A model generated the notes under the pieces. The model searched no databases. It was given only the letters and a program-made list of their open reading frames with translations, and was not told the origin of the DNA. A DNA stretch of 25,920 nucleotides from a virus (Duplodnaviria > Caudoviricetes), in the IMG/VR virus record IMGVR_UViG_3300008107_000370, positions 1 to 25,920 of that record. The stretch is one strand, 5' to 3'. The translations under genes and the position numbers were made by a program. Of this stretch, positions 17,416-25,596 are shown one piece after another (within the stretch, counting starts at the first letter, position 1; each line of letters opens with the position of its first letter).

Positions 17416-18264
17416 ATGAGTAAAATTAAAATCGCAGAGCTATTTTATAGCATTCAAGGTGAAGGACGTTACATGGGCGTTCCTTCTGTTTTCTTACGCA
17501 CGTTTGGTTGTAACTTCAAGTGTGCAGGCTTTGGCATGCCAAAAGGTCAACTAAGTACCGAAGCAGATGCAATCGCACAAATTGCAGATAAGTTTAAAAC
17601 TTATGAAGAACTTCCTCTAGTTAGTACAGGATGTGATAGTTATGCAAGTTGGGATCCTAGATTTAAAGATCTAAGTCCTATGCTTGAATCTGATGCTATT
17701 GTGGAACGTATTATGGAATTACTTCCATACAATGGATGGGGAGACGAACATCTAGTCATTACAGGTGGCGAACCTTTGCTAGGTTGGCAACGTGCCTATG
17801 AAGACTTACTTATTCACCCAAACATGTCTAGATTAAAGGAAATAACATTTGAAACAAACGGGACACAACGTTTGACAGGTGATCTACACAATTTTCTACA
17901 ACATTGGGTCAATCAAGATCCAGAAAGAGAAGTAACTTTTTCTGTTAGTGCTAAACTAAGTTGTTCTGGTGAAGCAAGGCATGAAGCAATTATTCCTGAA
18001 ATTGTATGCGAATACGAAACAATTGGCTACACATATTTAAAATTTGTAATAGCCACTGAAGAAGATGCAGAAGAGGCATTAGAAACTGTAGACATTTATA
18101 GAGAAAACGGATTCCGTGGCCCAGTTTATTTGATGCCAGTGGGCGGGGTTGAAAGTGTATACACATTAAATAATCGCCGTGTAGCAGAACTAGCAATGAA
18201 GCACGGTTTTAGATATAGTGATCGTTTGCAAGTTCCATTATTTAAAAATGAGTGGGGTACTTAA
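17416..18264 (+). CDS. queE: 7-carboxy-7-deazaguanine synthase (radical SAM)
   Basis: ELFYSIQGEG, VFLRTFGC, GCDS, VITGGEP, FETNGT, SVSAKL, LKFVI and RLQV. Confidence 0.92.
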   Translation: MSKIKIAELFYSIQGEGRYMGVPSVFLRTFGCNFKCAGFGMPKGQLSTEADAIAQIADKFKTYEELPLVSTGCDSYASWDPRFKDLSPMLESDAIVERIMELLPYNGWGDEHLVITGGEPLLGWQRAYEDLLIHPNMSRLKEITFETNGTQRLTGDLHNFLQHWVNQDPEREVTFSVSAKLSCSGEARHEAIIPEIVCEYETIGYTYLKFVIATEEDAEEALETVDIYRENGFRGPVYLMPVGGVESVYTLNNRRVAELAMKHGFRYSDRLQVPLFKNEWGT

Positions 18265-18265
18265 T

Positions 18266-18658
18266 ATGGTAGCAAAAAAGACTACAGTAGCAGAAGCACC
18301 TGCTAAAAAAACAGTTAAACAAACTGCAACAAAAGCTCAAACTAGGACCAAAAAGAAATTTAGTAGTCCAAAAGAAGAAGCAACACATCATAAGCAACCT
18401 TGGGTTGGTGTATTAGAAACACATGTCAATCCAGACAATCCTTCAAATGGCTTTTTCGAACTTGACTGGAATGAGTATTTTATAGTACAATTAAAGAGTC
18501 ATGGATATGACGGGCCAACTGAAGAAAGTATCGTAGATGCCTGGTTCCAAAGTTTGTGCAGAAATATTGGAAGTGAAGCAGGATTAGATATGGAACGTCG
18601 TGGCAGTGGTTATATTAATATTAACAATCTTGGTAACGGTAAATCGGAAGTAAGTTAA
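18266..18658 (+). CDS. Hypothetical protein
   Basis: Likely start ATG 18266; GFFELDWNEYF core. Confidence 0.75.
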   Translation: MVAKKTTVAEAPAKKTVKQTATKAQTRTKKKFSSPKEEATHHKQPWVGVLETHVNPDNPSNGFFELDWNEYFIVQLKSHGYDGPTEESIVDAWFQSLCRNIGSEAGLDMERRGSGYININNLGNGKSEVS

Positions 18659-18659
18659 A

Positions 18660-19664
18660 ATGTCATTTATACTCGTAGACACTGCTAATACATTCTTTCG
18701 TGCTAGACACGCAATTAAAGGCGATTTGGAAACTAAGATTGGCATGAGTCTTCATGTTACCTTTAATAGTGTTAAAAAAGCATGGAAAGACTTCAATGGC
18801 ACCCATGTTATTTTCTGTCTTGAAGGCCGCAGTTGGCGCAAAGATCATTATGGTCCTTATAAGCGCAATCGTAGCGATGCACGTGCCGCACATAATGAAA
18901 AAGAAGCAGAAGAAGAACGAGTATTTTGGGAAACATTTGACGAATTTAAAACATTTGTAAATGAAAAAACTAATTGTAGTGTACTACAGCACCCTCAACT
19001 AGAAGCTGATGATTTAATTGCAGGATTCATACAAGCACATCCTAATGACAATCATGTCATTATCAGTACTGATGGCGACTTTGCACAATTAATTTCACCA
19101 AATGTAAAACAATATAATGGTGTTAGTGAAGTTACAACAACACATGAAGGTTATTTTGATGCTAAGGGTAAACCAGTAAAAGATAAAAAAACTGGCGAAG
19201 TAAAGCCTGCGCCAAATCCAGAATGGTTGTTATTTGAAAAATGTATGCGTGGCGATACCAGTGACAATATCTTCTCAGCATTTCCAGGTGTGCGTACAAA
19301 AGGCACAAAGAATAAAGTTGGCTTAACTGAAGCATTTGAAGATCGCAACAGTAAAGGTTGGGCGTGGAACAATTTAATGTTGCAGAAGTGGGTTGATCAT
19401 GATGGTGTCGAACATCGAGTTTTAGATGATTATAATAGAAACAAATTACTCTGTGATCTAACAGCACAACCTACTGATATTCGAAAAATTATAGAACAAA
19501 CAATTCAATTAGAAACGCAAAAGGCAAAAGATATCTCACAAGTAGGTGTAAGAATGTTAAAGTTCTGCGCTGGCTATGAGTTGAATAAGATAAGCGAAAA
19601 TATTCATCATTACGTTGATCCGTTTAATGCAAGATATCCAATTCAAGAAAAAATAGAAGCATAA
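18660..19664 (+). CDS. 5'-3' exonuclease/flap endonuclease (T4 RNase H-like)
   Basis: ILVDTAN, WRK...YKRNR, LEADDLIA, ISTDGDFAQL and GDTSDNI. Confidence 0.92.
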   Translation: MSFILVDTANTFFRARHAIKGDLETKIGMSLHVTFNSVKKAWKDFNGTHVIFCLEGRSWRKDHYGPYKRNRSDARAAHNEKEAEEERVFWETFDEFKTFVNEKTNCSVLQHPQLEADDLIAGFIQAHPNDNHVIISTDGDFAQLISPNVKQYNGVSEVTTTHEGYFDAKGKPVKDKKTGEVKPAPNPEWLLFEKCMRGDTSDNIFSAFPGVRTKGTKNKVGLTEAFEDRNSKGWAWNNLMLQKWVDHDGVEHRVLDDYNRNKLLCDLTAQPTDIRKIIEQTIQLETQKAKDISQVGVRMLKFCAGYELNKISENIHHYVDPFNARYPIQEKIEA

Positions 19665-19673
19665 GGAAATTAT

Positions 19674-20144
19674 ATGACAGGAATCGCTAAGCCACTTATT
19701 CCCAATAAAGAATGGATAGTTGAAGACAATGGTCGCAAACTAGGAACATTAAGTAAAGAAAAATCAGGCTATGTATTTTTTGGTAAGGGGACAAAAATAC
19801 AATTTCATGATCTTAACGAAGTTCAAGAGGCAATGGAAATTTTTGTTGAACCCCCTTCAACTGTAAAATTATCAAAAAATAAAGATGTTTATGGATATGA
19901 AACAAAAACTATACCCCATAATCCTTTATATGATGTAAAACGTAAATTGCCCATTTATACTAAAAGTGCAAAAAGTACAAGTAAACATTGTGCTGGTCAT
20001 TATATTATAAAATTTCCCAAAGGTTGGGTCAAAAGTCATTGCCCTAAATTGATTACTTTGGAAAGATATGCTTATAAAGGGCCTTTTCATACAGATGCAG
20101 AAGTAAGATTAGAACTAGCAAAGGCACATCGTGAAAGAACTTAA
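19674..20144 (+). CDS. Hypothetical protein
   Basis: 156-aa ORF with an AAGGA RBS. Confidence 0.75.
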   Translation: MTGIAKPLIPNKEWIVEDNGRKLGTLSKEKSGYVFFGKGTKIQFHDLNEVQEAMEIFVEPPSTVKLSKNKDVYGYETKTIPHNPLYDVKRKLPIYTKSAKSTSKHCAGHYIIKFPKGWVKSHCPKLITLERYAYKGPFHTDAEVRLELAKAHRERT

Positions 20145-20355
20145 TAGCTACTTAATAGAAGATTTCGCAAATAAAGTGTTTGCGGCACGTAAAACCAACC
20201 AAAAATCAGTCACTTTAGACATAAAAGAAGCCCAATTATTGGTAGAAACACTCACTATTGTGCTATCTAGAGCAGTTGGTAACTTAGAACGTGCAAATAA
20301 CACTGAACCACAGGATAATACAGTTTCAGTACAAATGGATGGCGGCTCATTTTAA
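20131..20355 (+). CDS. Hypothetical protein
   Basis: 74-aa ORF with GTG start, ending MDGGSF. Confidence 0.65.
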   Translation: MKELNSYLIEDFANKVFAARKTNQKSVTLDIKEAQLLVETLTIVLSRAVGNLERANNTEPQDNTVSVQMDGGSF

Positions 20356-20391
20356 TAAATAAACTACGTATATTAACAAGGTACGTAGATA

Positions 20392-20694
20392 ATGAGCAGA
20401 CCAAAACCAAAAGTATTATTAGAAATCGCTAATAAAAAAACTTTCAAAGTTGAGCAAGTACTCGACAGTGACGCTATTTGGGCAGTTTTTTATCAGGGAA
20501 AGCCTGTCAATTTAAAAACCAGTAGCCTTGTTGCCAGTTATCCTGGACCAAAATATAAGAAAGTTTCATTTTCAAATCCAGGTCATGCACACAATTTGGC
20601 TAAGAAACTTAATAAGATTTTCAATACTAGTGAATTTCAGGTTTACAAACTTACTACCGGAGAGGTAGTTGATGAACAAACTAGAGATAACTAA
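20392..20694 (+). CDS. Hypothetical basic protein
   Basis: 100-aa ORF (MSRPKPKVLL); ATAAATA at 20355-20361 and an AAGG RBS upstream. Confidence 0.75.
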   Translation: MSRPKPKVLLEIANKKTFKVEQVLDSDAIWAVFYQGKPVNLKTSSLVASYPGPKYKKVSFSNPGHAHNLAKKLNKIFNTSEFQVYKLTTGEVVDEQTRDN

Positions 20695-21067
20695 AAAATT
20701 AGCCGAAAAAGACGAACACTATAATAGTGATCCAAAATATATAAACATGCTATACAAAGCATGGTGGGTCAATTGGCGTAACACCGAAGATCGAAGATTT
20801 CGACTAACTGACAAAGGTTACGACTATTTCAAAAACACTGCCGACGTCAAATTTTACGAAATTGTCTTTCCACTAGGGTTAGTGATTACTAACAAAATGG
20901 TGATAGATTTAGATAGATACATCGACTGTCCATATTATCTAACAAACAAAAGTATTATGTTAACAGGTGAAAAATCTGCCCTACAATTAATACTCTTTGA
21001 TGGCGATCTTACCAAATTTGGTAAAGCTAAAGACAGAACCAAACAGAAAAAACAAAAAAGCTCTTGA
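20672..21067 (+). CDS. Hypothetical protein
   Basis: GGAGAGG RBS before ATG 20672. Confidence 0.7.
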   Translation: MNKLEITKKLAEKDEHYNSDPKYINMLYKAWWVNWRNTEDRRFRLTDKGYDYFKNTADVKFYEIVFPLGLVITNKMVIDLDRYIDCPYYLTNKSIMLTGEKSALQLILFDGDLTKFGKAKDRTKQKKQKSS

Positions 21068-21092
21068 CTTTCTAGCCTATTAGCCGTATAAT
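21064..21092 (+). promoter_or_regulatory. Sigma70-type promoter
   Basis: TTGACT-17 bp-TATAAT. Confidence 0.85.
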
Positions 21093-21138
21093 AGTGGAAC
21101 AGTAAACAAATTCTACCACTAACTTTGAAAGGTATAAA

Positions 21139-22218
21139 ATGGCAGAGAAACTGAGCGCAAATCGTACCGTTACTCCTAACGATGCAAAAAATTCCATTCG
21201 TCATGCTATCAACAAAAAACGCCCTATTTTTATGTGGGGTGCTCCTGGCATTGGTAAGTCTGACATCGTAAAGCAAATTGCTGAGGAACAAGGTAGGGAA
21301 GTCATTGACGTTCGACTTCCACTTTGGGAACCTACTGACATTAAAGGCATTCCTTATTACAATGCCACAGAAAATACAATGAGCTGGGCTCCTCCAGCAG
21401 AGCTTCCACATGATAAAGATAGTAAGGCTATTTTGTTCTTGGACGAACTTAACGCGGCTCCGCCATCCGTACAGGCTGCGGCTTATCAACTTATCCTTAA
21501 TCGTCGTGTTGGTACATATCGTCTGCCAGAAGGCGTAAGCATTGTTGCCGCAGGTAACCGAGAAACTGACAAAGGTGTTACTTATCGTATGCCTGCTCCG
21601 TTGGCTAATCGTTTTGTTCACTTGGAACTACGTGTTGACTTTGATGATTGGAACACCTGGGCTACTGGTAACAAGGTTCACAAAGACGTTGTTGGTTATT
21701 TGAACTTTGCCAAAAATGATCTTTACGATTTTGATCCTAAATCTTCAAGTCGTGCGTTTGCTACCCCACGTAGCTGGTCATTTGTTAGCGAGTTGCTTGA
21801 TGACAACTTGAGCGACACTGTTCTAACTGACCTTGTTGCTGGTGCAATTGGTGAAGGACTTGCTGTTAAATTCATGGCTCATCGCAAGATTGCTGGTCAA
21901 ATGCCTAATCCTTCAGAAATTTTGGATGGCAAAGTCAAAGAACTTAAAATTAAAGAAGTATCTGCAATGTACTCTTTGACTATTTCCATGTGCTATGAAT
22001 TGCAAATTGGAAATGAACGTAAAGTTAAGAATTGGGATGAGCAATCTGACAATTTCTTCCGTTTTATGATGGATAATTTCCCAACTGAAATTGTTGTTAT
22101 GGGTGCTAAGACTGCGCTGACTAATTTCCAACTTCCGTTTGATCCTGCAGAAATGCAAAACTTTGACGAATTCCACGATCGTTTTGGTAAGTATGTTATT
22201 ACTGCTTTGGAAAAGTAA
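21139..22218 (+). CDS. MoxR/dynein-related AAA+ ATPase
   Basis: Walker A GAPGIGKS, Walker B LFLDELN, AAGN, LANRF and TPRSW. Confidence 0.92.
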   Translation: MAEKLSANRTVTPNDAKNSIRHAINKKRPIFMWGAPGIGKSDIVKQIAEEQGREVIDVRLPLWEPTDIKGIPYYNATENTMSWAPPAELPHDKDSKAILFLDELNAAPPSVQAAAYQLILNRRVGTYRLPEGVSIVAAGNRETDKGVTYRMPAPLANRFVHLELRVDFDDWNTWATGNKVHKDVVGYLNFAKNDLYDFDPKSSSRAFATPRSWSFVSELLDDNLSDTVLTDLVAGAIGEGLAVKFMAHRKIAGQMPNPSEILDGKVKELKIKEVSAMYSLTISMCYELQIGNERKVKNWDEQSDNFFRFMMDNFPTEIVVMGAKTALTNFQLPFDPAEMQNFDEFHDRFGKYVITALEK

Positions 22219-22231
22219 GCAACTAATAACT

Positions 22232-22259
22232 AAGAAAGGGCAGAAATGCCCTTTCTTTT
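22232..22259 (+). terminator. Intrinsic terminator
   Basis: AAGAAAGGGCA-GAAA-TGCCCTTTCTT followed by more Ts. Confidence 0.85.
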
Positions 22260-22260
22260 A

Positions 22261-22289
22261 TTGACTTTTATCACTTTTGAGCTTATAAT
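22261..22289 (+). promoter_or_regulatory. Sigma70-type promoter
   Basis: TTGACT-17 bp-TATAAT directly after the terminator. Confidence 0.85.
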
Positions 22290-22316
22290 ATACTATACAC
22301 TAAAGAAAGGTACCTA

Positions 22317-23591
22317 ATGTCTGCTAAATCAATTATGAAAGATGAGCAAAATAAAAAGCTCATGAAACAAGAATATACTGCAAAAGAAAAAAACGATGCA
22401 GTAGAAAAATTGATCACTGCTCGCGTTGGTCTTCTTCTTCGTCAACCATTTTTTGGCAATCTTGCTACCCGTCTTGAGTTAGTTGATGCTAGTCAATGGT
22501 TGCCTACTTTGGCCACAGATGGTCGTAAATTTTACTATAATGTTGGCTTTGTAAAAAGTCTAAGTGCCAAACAAATGGAATTTGGTTTTGGACACGAAGT
22601 TCTTCATAATGTATTTGATCATTTGACTAGACGAGAAGATCGAGATGCTCGTATTTTTAACTATGCCTGCGACTTTGCAGTTAATCAAATTTTGATTGAT
22701 GAACGCATTGGTGAAAAGATTGATCAAGTACAGATTTGCTATGATAGAAAATACATGGGCAAGTCTTCTGAAGAAATTTATGACGAACTGATGAAAAACG
22801 TCAAGCAAATGTCTATGGAAGAGTTCTTAGAAAGTCTTGGTGACCTACTTGACGAGCATTTAGATTGGGAAGAAGGTAATGAAGGCGGGGATAAGGACGG
22901 CGAAGGCGAAAAAGATGGCAAAGGACGACCACGCTATAGTAAAGAAGAATTGAAAAAAATTCGAGATGAGATTAAAGAAGCAATGGTTGCCGCGGCTCAG
23001 GCCGCAGGTGCTGGGCGTGTACCAGCCGGTGTTCAACGTTTCCTAAAAGATCTCACTGAACCAAAAATGGATTGGCGTCAAATGTTGCGTATGAATATTC
23101 AAAGTATCATCCGTAGCAATTACAGCTTTATGCGTCCTAGTCGCAAAGGTTGGCATACTGGTGCAGTATTGCCTGGTATGATGAATGATGAAACTATTGA
23201 TGTCTGCATTGCATTAGATATGTCTGGATCTATTGGTGATGAACAAGCAAAGGACTTCATAGGCGAAGTTAAAGGTATTATGGATGAATATGTTGACTAC
23301 AACATTAAATTGTGGTGTTTTGACACTGAGGTCTATAATCTAGCTACCTTTACCGCAGATAACGGCAACGATTTGATGGATTATGAAGTCAAAGGTGGTG
23401 GCGGTACTGATTTTGATGCTAATTATAACTTTATGAAAGAACATGGAATTGAACCTAAAAAGTTCATTATGTTCACGGATGGATATCCTTGTGGAAGCTG
23501 GGGTGATGAGAATTATTGTGATACTTTATTCATCATTCACGGTCCGGAAGAAATAAAATCTCCATTCGGTCAGTACGCACATTATAAATAA
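22317..23591 (+). CDS. HExxH metallopeptidase-like plus VWA domain protein (DUF2201-like)
   Basis: TLATDG, HEVLH, acidic/Gly linker, MIDAS DMSGS, GGGGTDF and FTDGY. Confidence 0.88.
   Translation: MSAKSIMKDEQNKKLMKQEYTAKEKNDAVEKLITARVGLLLRQPFFGNLATRLELVDASQWLPTLATDGRKFYYNVGFVKSLSAKQMEFGFGHEVLHNVFDHLTRREDRDARIFNYACDFAVNQILIDERIGEKIDQVQICYDRKYMGKSSEEIYDELMKNVKQMSMEEFLESLGDLLDEHLDWEEGNEGGDKDGEGEKDGKGRPRYSKEELKKIRDEIKEAMVAAAQAAGAGRVPAGVQRFLKDLTEPKMDWRQMLRMNIQSIIRSNYSFMRPSRKGWHTGAVLPGMMNDETIDVCIALDMSGSIGDEQAKDFIGEVKGIMDEYVDYNIKLWCFDTEVYNLATFTADNGNDLMDYEVKGGGGTDFDANYNFMKEHGIEPKKFIMFTDGYPCGSWGDENYCDTLFIIHGPEEIKSPFGQYAHYK
23583..23590 (+). promoter_or_regulatory. Putative T4-like late promoter
   Basis: Exact TATAAATA 16 nt before ATG 23607. 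Confidence 0.5.
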
Positions 23592-23606
23592 AATGCGCAG
23601 ATTATT

Positions 23607-23900
23607 ATGGCATTGAAAAATGGCAAATTAAACCCGCTAAATGTTTTGGGGTTTAGGGTAGTAAATAAAATCCCAAAACATTTTACCACTATTAATGTGG
23701 AAGTAAGTTGTGACGTTCCAACGCTAACACGATGGATTTTTAACAACTTACATAGCAGGTTTGGTGTGACCACAGGGTTGACTGTATCCGATCAAAATCA
23801 TATGTCCGAAACGACAAAGGTTGGATTTGAAGACCCTAGAGAAACATCAATGTTCATGCTTACATGCCCATACTTAGATAACAACAGGAGAATTAAATGA
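23607..23900 (+). CDS. Hypothetical protein
   Basis: 97-aa ORF. Confidence 0.7.
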   Translation: MALKNGKLNPLNVLGFRVVNKIPKHFTTINVEVSCDVPTLTRWIFNNLHSRFGVTTGLTVSDQNHMSETTKVGFEDPRETSMFMLTCPYLDNNRRIK

Positions 23901-24154
23901 CTGAGCAAGTACAAAATCAAGAAGTAGCACAAGCACCTGCAGAAGGTGAAGCACAAGCTGCCGCTACTCCAGATTTGACCGTAAATGATTTACAAGCACT
24001 TAAAGCTATTATTGATGTTTGCACACAACGCGGTGCGTTTAGAGCAAATGAACTAGCAAGTGTAGGAACCGTTTTTAATAGACTAACTGCTTTCCTAGAT
24101 CATATTGCCCCACAACAAAAAGAAGGTGCTCCAGCTGAAGCACCAAAACAATAA
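23897..24154 (+). CDS. Hypothetical protein
   Basis: 85 aa; AGGAG RBS. Confidence 0.8.
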   Translation: MTEQVQNQEVAQAPAEGEAQAAATPDLTVNDLQALKAIIDVCTQRGAFRANELASVGTVFNRLTAFLDHIAPQQKEGAPAEAPKQ

Positions 24155-24163
24155 GGATAAAAT

Positions 24164-24757
24164 ATGAAACACGTCGGAAAAATGAAAAATAATAATGCCC
24201 CAGTTGCTATTGTTTTTCGAACACTTCCGGGTGACCCTCACAGTTGTCTAGTAGTGGGTACCCAAGGGCTGGGGCCCACTAATCATGATGCTTTGATGAG
24301 TTTGATTGAAACTCCAGAAGCACAGAACGCAAATGAACTAGCAGACATACTAAGTGCCAGATTATTTCCAGATGGCAGTAATATGTTAGGTTGGCTACAC
24401 ACCAACAAAAACTTAAAAAAGGTTGCTACAAATGAAGTGGTGGTAACAGCTACTCCTCAATCAAGTGTTCCTTTAGATGAGTTGAATAAACTTATTGCAG
24501 AACAAAAAGGAATCACTTTAGAAGAGTTAGCTAACGGTGAGGCGCCAAAATCATCTGAATCTAAAGTGACTGAAATTGCCAGCGTTACTGAAATGCCTGT
24601 TAATAAAGAATCAGAGATTCTTGATGACGGTGTTTTAGCAAAACGTTTGCGTAGTCAAGCAGATGCTATGTTTAAAGAAGCCCAAAGTTTAAGAAAACAA
24701 GCTGACGAATTAGACCCGCCTAAGAAAAAGACGACTGTCAAAAAAGAAATAGCATAA
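24164..24757 (+). CDS. Hypothetical protein
   Basis: 197 aa; AAGGA RBS; C-terminal coiled coil. Confidence 0.8.
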   Translation: MKHVGKMKNNNAPVAIVFRTLPGDPHSCLVVGTQGLGPTNHDALMSLIETPEAQNANELADILSARLFPDGSNMLGWLHTNKNLKKVATNEVVVTATPQSSVPLDELNKLIAEQKGITLEELANGEAPKSSESKVTEIASVTEMPVNKESEILDDGVLAKRLRSQADAMFKEAQSLRKQADELDPPKKKTTVKKEIA

Positions 24758-24793
24758 TAGGGGGTTACTATTTCTAAAGCAATTCCCAGAAGA

Positions 24794-25123
24794 GTGAGAA
24801 TAGTTTCTGGGCTAGATTCAAACTGGAAAGAAGTACTTGAAGACGTATCATTACGAGCAATCCCAGTTAAATATATATCTAGCGTGGAACTACAACTCAG
24901 AGACGGCAGCTCATGCACTATTGACGTTGCATCAAAGTTGAATCTTGATTGGAGATCAAATTTGGACGAAGCTTCGAAAGAACTCGAAAGAATGATCGAC
25001 GAGATATCTAACACCCAAGGAATCGAATTGGTCGAGTACTTGTTAGACTTTGATATGATCAAGAGTGAAGTTTCATTCACATCATCGAGGTTAGGAAATG
25101 AAAACAATAGCAATAATGGTTAG
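24794..25123 (+). CDS. Hypothetical acidic protein (start uncertain)
   Basis: 109-aa ORF from GTG 24794; frame is open upstream to 24761. Confidence 0.6.
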   Translation: MRIVSGLDSNWKEVLEDVSLRAIPVKYISSVELQLRDGSSCTIDVASKLNLDWRSNLDEASKELERMIDEISNTQGIELVEYLLDFDMIKSEVSFTSSRLGNENNSNNG

Positions 25124-25595
25124 TACTCCAACTGGTGGCCTAGGAATGAATGATAATCTTCCTTGGTTTCAATTGAGTATTCACACTGAAAATTTTGAAG
25201 AGATTGCCAAAGATCAGATAGTTCTTGTTGGGAGTTCTGCATTCAACAATCACAACTACTTACGCGGATCTGTTACGTATGTTTATTCTAAAAATGAAAA
25301 TTTTCAAGAAACTGATTCATTAAAAAGAATTACTGGTGACGTACCCGAGGCAATAATTAATAAATTAAAAGCAGACCATCCAGATAAAAATATTATCATT
25401 GCAGGTGGAATAAGTGTTTTTGAAAAATTTTATGATTTAATTGACGAATGGCGTGTCACAATCGTTGAAGACTTTGTTGTGTTCAATAGATATATTAATC
25501 TAACAGATATACAACACAAGTGGCCAAAGAGAAGAGTTGTTAGTTCAGGTCAGGATCTAAATCAAGTTTTTAACACATACCACTATTCGAAGTAA
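25098..25595 (+). CDS. Divergent dihydrofolate reductase-like protein
   Basis: GGLGMNDNLPW and IIIAGGISVF; 165 aa; directly upstream of thyA. Confidence 0.75.
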   Translation: MKTIAIMVSTPTGGLGMNDNLPWFQLSIHTENFEEIAKDQIVLVGSSAFNNHNYLRGSVTYVYSKNENFQETDSLKRITGDVPEAIINKLKADHPDKNIIIAGGISVFEKFYDLIDEWRVTIVEDFVVFNRYINLTDIQHKWPKRRVVSSGQDLNQVFNTYHYSK

Positions 25596-25596
25596 T

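Noticed and set aside
4331-18960. Short alternative-frame + strand ORFs (4331, 8518, 12631, 14368, 15127, 18754)
   Set aside because: They are nested in or largely overlap longer genes in another frame and have no motif support.
538-25113. All minus-strand ORFs in the track, for example 4973-5497, 20935-21621 and 24655-25113
   Set aside because: They lie antisense to well-supported + strand genes, show no recognisable motifs and read like shadow translations.
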